Shown: positions 9,861 to 19,052 of the stretch, one piece after another
Layout: each line of letters begins with the position of its first letter
Numbering within the stretch: position 1 is the first letter of the stretch
Source of the DNA: Micropepsaceae bacterium
GTDB taxonomy: Bacteria > Pseudomonadota > Alphaproteobacteria > Micropepsales > Micropepsaceae
Length of the DNA stretch: 64,000 bases
NCBI GenBank assembly: GCA_965247505.1
Contig: OZ252020.1
Location: forward strand, 2,539,719-2,603,718
Direction of reading: 5' to 3'
The notes under the pieces: generated by a model
Database searches by the model: none
The model's input: the letters and a program-made list of their open reading frames with translations, nothing else
What the model was told of the DNA's origin: nothing
Translations under genes and position numbers: made by a program

Positions 9861-12220
9861 TGAACAAGGATGCTCTCCCAAGCTCTGATCTTTCGGGCTC
9901 CGATCTTTCCCGGCGCGATATGCTTTCCGCGGCAGCGGCCGGCGCGCTCGTTATCGGTTTCCGGGTCCCGCGCGCGAAGGCGCAAATCATAGATCCGGAA
10001 GGCGCCGCATGGGCCAATGAGCCCGAATTCGACGAAGTGAATGCCTGGGTGGTCGTCGCGCCCGACAATAGCGTGACCATCCGTATCGCGCAGACCGAGA
10101 TCGGCCAGGGCGTATGGACCTCCAATGCCATGATGGTGGCCGAAGAGCTGCAATGCGACTGGAGCAAGGTCAGGCCCGAATATGCCTCCATCAATCGAGA
10201 CGCGCGCGAAATGGCGCCGGAATGGACGCTCAACGTGATGGGCGATGGCGCGCAAGACCCTAATGGCGGCGGCGAACCAGAGTTCCGCGACCGCAACCCG
10301 ACCGGCACAAATGGAATCCCGGACAGCCTTTATCGGCGCATGCGGACAAACGCCGCCGCATCCGTGCGCGATGGCCGTTACTATCTTCAACTGGCCGGCG
10401 CCGAAGCGCGCGAGCGACTATTATTAGCCGCCGCCAGGGTCTGGCGCGTTCCCGTCGAAGAGGTGAGTTCGGCCAACAGCCTGATCAGCCATGGGCCCAC
10501 TGGGCGCAGCATTACCTATGGACAGGTTGCATCGATTGCCGCGCAAATACCCCATCCGAATCCCGAAGGCATCCGCATCAAGCCGCCTTCGGGATGGACA
10601 TTGATGGGGACCGAGCGGAAAAACCTCGATGTTCCGTTCAAAATCTCCGGCAAGACCGTTTACGGCATCGATGTTGACCTGCCGGGCATGAAATGGGCGG
10701 CAGTGCGGTCCTGCCCGGTCTATGGCGGCACCGTGCGCAGTTATGATTTCGAGCAGATTCGAAACGAGCCGGGAATCATCTCGGCGACCGATTTCCCGAT
10801 CCCCGATCCGTCATTGATCCGCGGCCGCTTGTTTAGCGGGGGCGTCGCCGTTATCGCCGATAGCTGGTACCAGGCCAACACGGCGATCGATAAAATGCCG
10901 ATCGAGTGGGATATCCCGCCGGAAAACGCCGCATGGAATACCGCCAATATGCGCGCGGCGCTGATGGAATCATTGGACGAACCCGGCACTGTTCAAGCCA
11001 ACACCGGCGACTTCGATAGCGCCTTTGCGGGCGGTGCGAAAATAGTCGAAGCAGTTTACACAACGCCCTATCTCCCGCGCGCCCGGATGGAGCCCGGCAA
11101 CGCGACCGTGCTTGTCACCGACGACAGGGTCGATATCTGGGTCGGCGATCAGAGCCCGCAGGAGACGCGCCATTCGGCATCCCGTATTACAGGCATCCCG
11201 GAAGAGAACGTCCATCTTCATTTGTGCCATCTTGGCGGCGGCTATGGCCGCAATGGCAACGGCCCACAAGCCGAACAGACGATTCTTTTGGCCAACCAAA
11301 ACCGCGGCACGCCGATCCATATGCTTTGGACCCGCGAGGAAGACTTCGTCAGCACCACTTATCGTTCCATGGGCGTCGCGCGGCTGCGCGCGGCTCTCGA
11401 TGACGATGGCTGGCCGATCGCTTGGGAAGTCAAAACAGCCATGGACGAAAAGGCGCCCGGCTCCACCGCGGGCTTCGACATCGCCCCGCGCTACTTTGTG
11501 CCCAATTACCGTTTCTCGACCCACTCTGTGGCGTTCCACATTCCCGTAGGCACGCGGCGCGGCGTCGGCGCCCCTGCCATGAATTTTTATCGCGAGAGCT
11601 TCATAAACGAACTGGCCCACGCTGCCGGGATGGACCCGTATCAGTACCGCCGCGAGCTGATTTCGCGCGGCGACCTCCCCTACAAGGCCGACATGATCAA
11701 AGCGCTGGACATGGCAGCCGAAATGTCGGGCTGGGGCACGCCTCTGCCTGAAGGTACCGCGCGCGCCATCGCCTTCGAAGAACGCGGGGCCGAGGCCGAC
11801 GGCCATGCAACGTTCAGCGCCCAAGTCCATACCGTCTCGCTCAGTCGCGAGGGCGAAGTAAGCCTTGTTTGCGTCGATATCGCGCATGACGAAGGCTTCG
11901 GTCTGGTCAACCCGCTCAGCGTGAGAAAACAAATCGAAGGCCAGATTCCGTGGTTCTACAACGACGTGATGTATCAAGAATGTAACGTTAGCGAGGGCCG
12001 CATCGTCGAAAACAATTTCGATAGATTTCCCTTGGGCCGTATCGGCGACAATCCGCCCGAGATCAACATTTCCTTTTTCAAGTCGGAGCATTGGCTCGAC
12101 GGCATGGGGCATGATCGCGGCGTCTCGCTTCAATCCACTATTGCTGACGCCATCTTTCAGATCACCGGAAGGCGTTACCGCGACCTGCCCTTCCGCCATC
12201 ACGATTTGAGTTGGGGGTGA
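9860..12220 (+). CDS. Molybdopterin-binding large subunit of the molybdenum hydroxylase (IorB-like), with a Tat signal peptide
   Basis: The ATG at 9860 overlaps the stop of the upstream gene (ATGA). The N-terminus contains RRDMLSAAAAGALVIGF, a twin-arginine signal. The roughly 786 aa show similarity to the aldehyde oxidase/xanthine dehydrogenase Mo-binding domain. Confidence 0.85.
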   Translation: MNKDALPSSDLSGSDLSRRDMLSAAAAGALVIGFRVPRAKAQIIDPEGAAWANEPEFDEVNAWVVVAPDNSVTIRIAQTEIGQGVWTSNAMMVAEELQCDWSKVRPEYASINRDAREMAPEWTLNVMGDGAQDPNGGGEPEFRDRNPTGTNGIPDSLYRRMRTNAAASVRDGRYYLQLAGAEARERLLLAAARVWRVPVEEVSSANSLISHGPTGRSITYGQVASIAAQIPHPNPEGIRIKPPSGWTLMGTERKNLDVPFKISGKTVYGIDVDLPGMKWAAVRSCPVYGGTVRSYDFEQIRNEPGIISATDFPIPDPSLIRGRLFSGGVAVIADSWYQANTAIDKMPIEWDIPPENAAWNTANMRAALMESLDEPGTVQANTGDFDSAFAGGAKIVEAVYTTPYLPRARMEPGNATVLVTDDRVDIWVGDQSPQETRHSASRITGIPEENVHLHLCHLGGGYGRNGNGPQAEQTILLANQNRGTPIHMLWTREEDFVSTTYRSMGVARLRAALDDDGWPIAWEVKTAMDEKAPGSTAGFDIAPRYFVPNYRFSTHSVAFHIPVGTRRGVGAPAMNFYRESFINELAHAAGMDPYQYRRELISRGDLPYKADMIKALDMAAEMSGWGTPLPEGTARAIAFEERGAEADGHATFSAQVHTVSLSREGEVSLVCVDIAHDEGFGLVNPLSVRKQIEGQIPWFYNDVMYQECNVSEGRIVENNFDRFPLGRIGDNPPEINISFFKSEHWLDGMGHDRGVSLQSTIADAIFQITGRRYRDLPFRHHDLSWG

Positions 12221-12261
12221 AGCTGCTTTCAGGCAAACGCGATTTTCACGGAGGCTCTACG

Positions 12262-13152
12262 ATGCGCAGACGCTCGATTGCGGCTCTCATGGTTGGAATC
12301 TGTGTATGCACACTCGCCTGGCCGGTTCACGCCCAGGAGCGCGCGCTCCTCGGCGACGCTGCGCTACCCGATTTTTCCGGCCTGTGGGGACATACGCTCC
12401 TTGAAGTCGAACCGCCCTTTTCGGGCGCCGGGCCGGTGACAAATTCGAGCCAGATCCCGGGTCTTAACGCTGGGGATCACACCAATCCGATCCTCAGGCC
12501 CTGGGCGGCGGAGATCGTCAAGCGCAATGCCGAACTCGCGCTGAGCGGCCTGCCCCGTCCAACGCTGCACAATATGTGCGATCTGGAAGGCGTGCCCCTA
12601 ATTGTCACCGTAAAGGAAGTAAAGTTCCTGCAGACTCCCGGGCAAGTCACGATGCTCTATTATTCAAATCACCAAGTGCGTTTCGTCGCCATGAATGTTG
12701 CGCACACAGTGAATCCTGAGCCCACATGGTTCGGAGAGTCCGTCGGCCATTACGAAGGCAATGACACGCTGGTGATCGACACGATCGGCATAAAGAGGAC
12801 AGACGATACCGAGGTCGATTGGTTCGGCACGCCCCACACGGACGCCCTGCATGTCGTCGAGCGCTATCGCTTGGTCGACAGCGAGGAAGTGGTCAGAGCG
12901 CCGGAACCAGACCGGCGGCGCGAAGGCAGGGTCGGCACCTATTACCGCCCGCTACCCGGAGGCAAGACGCTGGGAGTGCAATACAATGTGGAGGACCAGG
13001 GCGCTTTCACGAAGCCGTGGGGGGCAGTCGTGCACAATGAAATAACGCCGGACAGAGACAACTCGCTGGAGCATGTCTGCGCCGAGAATAATCGCTTCTT
13101 CTTCCGCGAGGAATTGTTCCCGATGACGAGTGCCGGCGATCCGGACTTCTGA
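12262..13152 (+). CDS. Secreted protein, member of the WYGESxGHYEGD paralog family. It sits directly downstream of the Mo-oxidoreductase genes.
   Basis: Signal peptide MRRRSIAALMVGICVCTLAWPVHAQ. The family motifs WFGESVGHYEGNDTLVIDTIG and FGTPHTDALHVVERY are present. The gap to the upstream gene is only 42 bp. Confidence 0.6.
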   Translation: MRRRSIAALMVGICVCTLAWPVHAQERALLGDAALPDFSGLWGHTLLEVEPPFSGAGPVTNSSQIPGLNAGDHTNPILRPWAAEIVKRNAELALSGLPRPTLHNMCDLEGVPLIVTVKEVKFLQTPGQVTMLYYSNHQVRFVAMNVAHTVNPEPTWFGESVGHYEGNDTLVIDTIGIKRTDDTEVDWFGTPHTDALHVVERYRLVDSEEVVRAPEPDRRREGRVGTYYRPLPGGKTLGVQYNVEDQGAFTKPWGAVVHNEITPDRDNSLEHVCAENNRFFFREELFPMTSAGDPDF

Positions 13153-13275
13153 GGGACGCACCATGTTATATAGACTAGATGTGCTCCAGGTCGGGGCTGA
13201 CGAGGAGATAGATTTCGACGATTAGCGCAGCGCACCGAAAAACCGAAAATGCAGAAACAACATGCGGGGGTCAGT

Positions 13276-14049
13276 ATGAGCCAAGAGATAGCGGTTGTTG
13301 TCATACACGGCATGGGATCTCAGGAAGCGAATTTCTCGCATCCCCTCCGGGATGAGATAAACAATAGACTCGGCAGCCAGAAGGCGAGTCAGGTTAGTTG
13401 GGGAGAAATTTTTTGTGCTGACATCTTAGCGCCAAGACAAGCAGCGTATTTTCAGCGGGCCAAATCGAGGAATGATCTTGATTTCGTTCGGCTACGAAAA
13501 TTCATGTTGGAGGCATTCGGAGATGCATCTGCCTATAGAAAGACAGGTGATCGCAGCAATACCGCTTACCGGGACATTCACGAGAGAGTGACCGCGAGCA
13601 TAATGGGGCTTGATGATCCGGCTAAGCCTAAGAAGCCTCTAGTCATAATGGCGCATTCTCTCGGCGGACACATCATGTCAAATTACATCTATGACATGCA
13701 GAAGCGACAACCGAGGCAACCAGGAATTAGTGCCTTTCGGTATATGAAGACGGTGGCAGGTCTCATTACATTCGGCTGCAATATCCCGTTTTTCACATTC
13801 GCCTTTGAGAAGGACGATATTCAACCAATCAAATTCCCTGGCTCTGCGTTGTCTCAGGAGAACAAAGCTCGGGCGCGTTGGCTGAATTTTTACGACCCGG
13901 ATGATGTTCTTGGTTATCCGCTGAAGCCGATCAATAAAGCATATCGAGCAGTCGTAAATAGAGATATACCAATCAATGTCGGCGGGATCTTATCTAGCTG
14001 GAATCCACTGTCCCATAACAAATATTGGACAGATAACGACTTTAACTAA
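13276..14049 (+). CDS. Alpha/beta-fold hydrolase (lipase/esterase-like)
   Basis: The IHGMGSQ motif and the GXSXG nucleophile elbow AHSLGGH are present. Local GC is lower than the surroundings. The start could be 13249 or 13276. Confidence 0.5.
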   Translation: MSQEIAVVVIHGMGSQEANFSHPLRDEINNRLGSQKASQVSWGEIFCADILAPRQAAYFQRAKSRNDLDFVRLRKFMLEAFGDASAYRKTGDRSNTAYRDIHERVTASIMGLDDPAKPKKPLVIMAHSLGGHIMSNYIYDMQKRQPRQPGISAFRYMKTVAGLITFGCNIPFFTFAFEKDDIQPIKFPGSALSQENKARARWLNFYDPDDVLGYPLKPINKAYRAVVNRDIPINVGGILSSWNPLSHNKYWTDNDFN

Positions 14050-14104
14050 GCCGGTTGCGAGATTCATAAGCAGCTTATTGTCATAGCCAACGCCCGCTTT
14101 GGGT

Positions 14105-15769
14105 CCAGGCTGTGTGAAAACGCGTTGGCTGGTATGATTCTTCTGTGATTTGGTGGAGGGGTCGATGAAGCGCTTTGTAGTTGGCGATGATCGCAGTTAA
14201 AGCACTCTTTTTCCTGAGCGGCTGGATGAGTATTTGGGCGATGACAACCCGGTTCGGGCGATTGATGTCTTGGTTGATGAGCTTGATCTGGGGGAATTGG
14301 GCTTTAGCGGGGTTGAGCCGGAGGCGACGGGAAGGCCTGCCTACCATCCGGCGACGCTGCTGAAGATCTACGTCTATGGATACCTCAATCGGGTCCAATC
14401 GAGCCGTCGCCTAGAGCGGGAGTGCCAGCGCAATCTCGAGCTCCTATGGCTGACCGGCCGCCTGATGCCGGATTTCAAAACTATCGCCGATTTCCGCAAG
14501 GACAACGGCGGGGCCATCCGCAAGGTCTGCCGTGCGTTCGTAGTGTTGTGCCGTCGCCTTGAGCTGTTCAGTGAGGCGAGCGTTGCGATCGATGGCAGCA
14601 AGTTCAAAGCGGTCAATGCGTGGGATCGGAACTTCACGCAGGCCAAGATGCAGCGGCGGTTGAAGCAGATCGACGAGAGCATTGCGCGCTACCTCTCGCA
14701 GCTTGATAGCGCCGATCGCCAGGGCGAAGCGGTGCCGGAGGCCAAGATCACGCGGCTCAACGAGAAGATTGCGATGCTGCGCCAAGAGATACAGCGCCTG
14801 AATGCACTGAACGTTCAGATGATGCAGAGCGAGGACAAGCAGATCTCCCTGACAGATCCCGATGCGCGCTCGATGGCCACGAGCGGCCGGGGCAGCGGGA
14901 TGGTCGGTTATAATGTGCAAAATTCCGTGGACACGACGCATCATCTGATCGTTTCCCATGAGGTGACCAACAAAGGCTCTGATCGGGGTCAGTTGTCGGG
15001 CGCTGCCGCGCAGGCGCGCACGGCCATTGGTTCTGAAACCATCGAGGCTGTTGCCGATCGCGGCTATTACGCCGGCGAAGAGATCCTGGCCTGCGAGGAG
15101 GCCGGCATAACGGTCTATCTCCCGAAGCCCCTGACCTCAGGGGCCAAAGCCGCAGGGCGTTTCGGCAAGCAGGACTTCGTCTATGTCGCCGAAGACGATG
15201 TCTATCTTTGTCCCAACGGTGAGCAGCTCACCTATCGCTATACCAACGAAGAGGCCGGTAAGATGCTGCGCCGCTATTGGACGGCTGCCTGTCAGGCGTG
15301 TGCGCTGAAAAGCAAGTGCACGACGGCTCGGGAGCGCCGGATCTCACGTTGGGAACACGAAGCCGTCCTTGAGAGAGTTCAGGCGCGGCTCGATCGAAAT
15401 CCGGACAAGATGCGCGTGCGCCGCCAGACCGTGGAGCATCCCTTCGGTACGATAAAGTCGTGGATGGGAGCGACGCACTTCCAGATGAAAACGCTCGAGC
15501 ACGTCGGCACCGAAATGGCGCTGCACGTTCTGGCCTACAACATGAAACGCGTGATGAAGATTCTTGGCGTTGGCGGATTGATAGAGGCGATCCACGCATG
15601 AGACGGGCTCAGGGGGCCCCATAACCCAGCATTCTTCGCATCAAGGAGCCGTTAGGCATCTCCGCGGACCGATTTTACTGAATTGGACGCGTCGGGTCGC
15701 ATAATCCCGCCCCGACCTCCGCTTACGCTACCAACCACCAGACCCGACCACCTTTTCACACAGCCTGGG
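14105..15769 (+). mobile_element. IS1182-family insertion sequence
   Basis: Terminal inverted repeats CCAGGCTGTGTGAAAA (14105-14120) and TTTTCACACAGCCTGG (15754-15769) flank a single transposase gene. The N-terminal signature MKRFVVGDDR.STLFPERLDEYLGDDNPVRAIDVLVDELDL and the C-terminal HPFGTIK motif are those of the IS1182 family. Confidence 0.7.
14165..15601 (+). pseudogene. IS1182-family transposase interrupted by an in-frame TAA at codon 12 (14198-14200)
   Basis: The ATG at 14165 reads MKRFVVGDDRS-TAA-STLFPERLDEYLGDDNPVRAID. The stop replaces the conserved Gln (CAA) of the family N-terminus. The remaining 467 codons are intact (the track ORF restarts at TTG 14234). Confidence 0.65.
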
Positions 15770-15775
15770 TCAGGA

Positions 15776-15838
15776 GCGGACATCCATGTTGCAGTGCAAT
15801 AAGTCTGCTAAGTGCCACAAGCGGACATTGGTGTGAGC
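15776..15838. repeat. 60-bp imperfect inverted repeat, left copy. Its partner is at 17787-17845.
   Basis: The reverse complement of 15776-15838 matches 17787-17845 (ATGTCCGCTT.TGGCACT.AGCAGAC.TATTGCACTGCAACATGGATGTCCGCTC) with about 3 mismatches in 58 bp. It contains the palindrome TTGCACTGCAA and two GGATGTCCGC direct repeats. Confidence 0.7.
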
Positions 15839-15920
15839 AGCCGCCGATTTGGCTCAAGATTTATAAGAGCAATGCTATTTAAAGCGGTGGCCCACAAGTC
15901 AGTTTCGCTCATTTTAGGCG

Positions 15921-16718
15921 CTAAAAATCATGCGCCGAGGCTGTAGGAATATCGAATACTCCGCCTGAAGGGTCCTTGTTGTTCTCTGCACACGCAGACT
16001 CGTGAAATGGCGCCGCGGGCCAATAGGTCGCGCGCGCTGACCAGGGTGTGGTGAACAGTTCAGGGTCTTCAATAGTGAGTTCTATTGCAATCGCGCTGCG
16101 GTCGGGCGCAATCGTATATCGTTCGACAATGTGCAAATTCTCGCTTCGTGGCGTGCCAAAGCGGTCTACGAGTGCGACGTCATTCTGGCCGATCGTATCG
16201 ATAACCAAACTATCAGAGCCTTCGTAATGGCCGGTAGAATGGCCGTACCATGTCCGGGGAGAATTATTGGCATGCCCTTCGTTGAGATAGACATGCCGCA
16301 CTTGATTGTCGCGCTCGTAAATGATCGTCACCTTGTCGGGCGACTGAAGAAATTGCAGTGGATCGTTCATGTTGACCACTAACGGCACGCCGGGCGGCCA
16401 GCACAAGACCCAAGCGGGCTGACTAATGTTTCCCGAACGGCCGATTGCCGCATGCGCCGTAACTGCCGCCAGGGCCTCTGGTCCAAGTATGCGGTTGTCC
16501 AAATCCGCGATCCAGAAGGGGCCCGAATCCGCCGCGCGCATCATCGGCCCCGGCCCGCTTTCGGGAGCTTGGAACGATCGCCCTTCGGCGCTATCTGAAC
16601 GCGTCCAATAGCCGGTGAAATTCGGGATTTCAGTTTCTTGTGCGGCGATACTCGCCGGAGAAATCAAGACGAACAGTCCGGACAGTATTAGGAGATGGCG
16701 GCAAATCGATCTGCGCAT
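15921..16718 (-). CDS. Secreted protein, member of the WYGESxGHYEGD paralog family
   Basis: Signal peptide MRRSICRHLLILSGLFVLISPASIAAQ. Family motifs WYGHSTGHYEGSDSLVIDTIG and FGTPRSENLHIVERY are present. Confidence 0.6.
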   Translation of the reverse strand: MRRSICRHLLILSGLFVLISPASIAAQETEIPNFTGYWTRSDSAEGRSFQAPESGPGPMMRAADSGPFWIADLDNRILGPEALAAVTAHAAIGRSGNISQPAWVLCWPPGVPLVVNMNDPLQFLQSPDKVTIIYERDNQVRHVYLNEGHANNSPRTWYGHSTGHYEGSDSLVIDTIGQNDVALVDRFGTPRSENLHIVERYTIAPDRSAIAIELTIEDPELFTTPWSARATYWPAAPFHESACAENNKDPSGGVFDIPTASAHDF

Positions 16719-16846
16719 TGCGATGCCCTCGGAGCCGCCCAGTTAAGCAAAACCATATTATCGCGGCTCAGCGTAGCGCAGTTTGGCCTGACGGCTCCTT
16801 TAGTACCAGCGGTTTAGGGTGCGACATGTCCGCTTTACCTTTGCGG
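16671..16846. repeat. 176-bp direct repeat, copy 1. Copy 2 is at 17575-17750 and is nearly identical.
   Basis: Two mismatches over 176 bp. Copy 1 covers the start codon, the signal-peptide-coding 5' end and the upstream region of the family gene 15921-16718. Confidence 0.85.
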
Positions 16847-17160
16847 TCTCAATGGATCAACGCAACACTAGCGGCAGGCCTCTCTGCCGGGGGTTAGAAC
16901 CTCAAAGTCTTTCAGGACCGTTCTTGAGCCGTCCGGCCACTTTTCTCGGATGCGAGAGCGAATAGACCGAAAACACAGCACTCTTCAGAAAGCGTTATCA
17001 GAGCAGGCGTTTGACGTTCCCATTGGAGCTGGGCTGGCAGTGATTCCACGGCCCAGGCTTCTCGTGCAAGGTGAACCACGGACTATGCCTTTGGCTCGTA
17101 AGCACAAACTCAGACTCCTCCGTTTGCGCCAAGGTGTTGCGTCGACCGGTTGAGGCGGCA
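16842..17160. repeat. Roughly 320-bp inverted repeat, copy A. Copy B is at 22579-22888 in reverse complement.
   Basis: Identical 67-aa and 63-aa spurious ORFs appear in both copies (16950-17153 + equals 22576-22779 -). Nucleotide identity is near 100 percent across the core. The two copies flank a 5.4-kb gene block. Confidence 0.85.
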
Positions 17161-17221
17161 CTTTGAGAGCGGACATCGGTGCTGCACCAATTAGGACACT
17201 TAGCTAGAGAAATTAGGACGC

Positions 17222-17536
17222 TCACTCAAGATTCCGCTGGCCTTTTCGCAGGCCACAATTGAAACATTGTTTGTTGAAAGCGGTAACCCCTCCTAGGAAC
17301 CCCCATTTAAAAGAAAAGGGTTCGCCACATTTGGGGCATAGGAATGCAGAGTGCCACAGGAAGGGAACAAAAAGTGCGACAACGTCCCATGGAGCGAAAT
17401 AGGCCCAATCAATATTTTGAAAAAAGAATGGGCCAGCGAACCACGTGGTCACAAAAGAGACGAAAGTGCCCAACAGGAGGGCGCGCCTAAAATCTAGGTC
17501 GCGCCACGCTCGCTGGTATAGGACTTCTTTCGTCAA
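17222..17536 (-). CDS. Small membrane protein with a C-terminal zinc-ribbon (CPKCG...CFNCG)
   Basis: 104 aa with two hydrophobic helices followed by two CxxC pairs. The segment is AT-rich. Confidence 0.4.
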   Translation of the reverse strand: MTKEVLYQRAWRDLDFRRALLLGTFVSFVTTWFAGPFFFQNIDWAYFAPWDVVALFVPFLWHSAFLCPKCGEPFSFKWGFLGGVTAFNKQCFNCGLRKGQRNLE

Positions 17537-17574
17537 AACTGCCCGCCCTCAATTACCCTGAACCGAACAGTCCG

Positions 17575-17750
17575 GACAGTATTAGGAGATGGCGGCAAAT
17601 CGATCTGCGCATTGCGATACCCTCGGAGCCGCCCAGTTAAGCAAAACCATATTATCGCGGCTCAGCGTAGCGCAGTTTGGCCTGACGGCTCCTTTAGTAC
17701 CAGCGGTCTAGGGTGCGACATGTCCGCTTTACCTTTGCGACCTCAGGTGA
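17575..17750. repeat. 176-bp direct repeat, copy 2, carrying a truncated remnant of the family gene 5' end
   Basis: On the minus strand it encodes MRRSICRHLLILSGLFGSG-stop, i.e. only the signal peptide of the 15921-16718 paralog. Confidence 0.8.
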
Positions 17751-17786
17751 TCGATGCACCGCAGCATGGATGTCCGCTTATGGCAC

Positions 17787-17845
17787 TAAGCAGACATATT
17801 GCACTGCAACATGGATGTCTGCTCTCGGGGGCAAAGTGGACATTC
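17787..17845. repeat. 60-bp imperfect inverted repeat, right copy. Its partner is at 15776-15838.
   Basis: See the left copy. Together they bracket the 15839-17786 segment. Confidence 0.7.
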
Positions 17846-17981
17846 GGCTCGGTCCTAGAAAAGAGGCCGGTAAAGCGTTTTCGGCATGAGGCGATGTTCA
17901 TCGACTCTGGGGCGTGATGAATTAGCAGTGAATTCGCAATGACACTCGGCGGTTCTGGCGCCTGATGGAGCCAGGTGCGAT

Positions 17982-18911
17982 TTACGGGACTGCACCCGTG
18001 AGCTCTTGATAAATCCTGCGCACCATGACTTCCCTTTGCGGGAGGGTGCCGCCTCCAAACAAATCATATCCAGTCATGCCTTCATATTGTTGAAGGAGAA
18101 TACGAGCCGCGACTTCGTCTTCTGTCGCTCCTTGCGCAATCTCTCTCTCAACGGCATCGCGCGCTTCGACCATAATTTGGCGGGATCGAACCAGCGCCTG
18201 CCGGGTTACTTCAGGCTCGTTCACCGTCCATGCTCCGTTTCCGGGAACGATAATGTCGGCCTCGAGGTTCAAGATGAAATCGATCGCGTTTATCCAGTTG
18301 AGAGTTCCTGAGTCCATGAACGGAAACCGCTCGTAGAAAAACACCTCACTCGTATAGACGATCCGGTCTTGAGGAACGAAAACGATGCTGTCGCCCCGCG
18401 TGTGCGCGGGGCCAACATGGATAATCTGAATTTCCTTGTCACCGACGTGAAGCGTCATGCGCTCAGCGTAGGTCAGATCGGGAAGTATGGCCTCTTGTTG
18501 CGGTGTCGGAACATCATTGCCTCCTAGCAGATCGGCCTTGTAGTCCTCCTGGCCAATATTAATGGCATCTTGATAGGCGACGTTACCGCGCGAATAATTG
18601 CCGTGGTTTGATGAGGAAATCAGATAGCGAACAGGCTGCCCAATAATATCGGATATCAGTTGCCGTTCATGCATCGCCATGGCTTCGTTGCTTAAAGCAT
18701 CAACCACCACGACTCCTTCGTTTGTGACAATTACGCCGCTGATACGGGGATCGGAAAGATACGCATAGTGACCGGGGATAATCTGTTCGAGGGTTCCGGA
18801 TTGTGCGTCGTTGGAGGCTTGCGCGAGTGCGCGATTGAGCTGCGCATCCGTTACGAAGATGCCGAGGCTCAAGGGGAGTAAAAAAACGAGAAACATCATC
18901 GATTTGGGCAC
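17982..18911 (-). CDS. Secreted MBL-fold metallo-hydrolase (metallo-beta-lactamase superfamily)
   Basis: Signal peptide MPKSMMFLVFLLPLSLGIFVTDAQ. The motifs HVGPAHTRGD and SSNHGNY (His/Asp metal ligands) are present. 309 aa. Confidence 0.7.
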   Translation of the reverse strand: MPKSMMFLVFLLPLSLGIFVTDAQLNRALAQASNDAQSGTLEQIIPGHYAYLSDPRISGVIVTNEGVVVVDALSNEAMAMHERQLISDIIGQPVRYLISSSNHGNYSRGNVAYQDAINIGQEDYKADLLGGNDVPTPQQEAILPDLTYAERMTLHVGDKEIQIIHVGPAHTRGDSIVFVPQDRIVYTSEVFFYERFPFMDSGTLNWINAIDFILNLEADIIVPGNGAWTVNEPEVTRQALVRSRQIMVEARDAVEREIAQGATEDEVAARILLQQYEGMTGYDLFGGGTLPQREVMVRRIYQELTGAVP

Positions 18912-19052
18912 GACTATGTCCTCCTGTCGAAAAACGCACTAGCCAAACAAGATCGCATTTCCAGGAAAGTCGGTCTATCCGACCTTCCCACTGCTTAGCC
19001 GCTCTAGCTAGTGAGATCGATCTCGCGAATGGTCTTGTCCGCACGCAGAACA

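Noticed and set aside
10970-12202. 410-aa minus-strand ORF
   Set aside because: Fully antisense to the well-supported Mo-hydroxylase large subunit. This is a typical shadow ORF in high-GC DNA. The same reasoning applies to 962-1243, 2706-2963, 34525-34929, 35147-35851, 46466-47140, 50285-51184, 54846-55508, 57212-57862, 58667-59428 and 62573-63421.
16950-17153. Identical 67-aa and 63-aa ORFs present in both copies of the 320-bp inverted repeat
   Set aside because: Mirrored ORFs on both strands of a repeat with no RBS and an Arg/Leu-rich composition. More likely non-coding repeat DNA. Their identity simply reflects the repeat.
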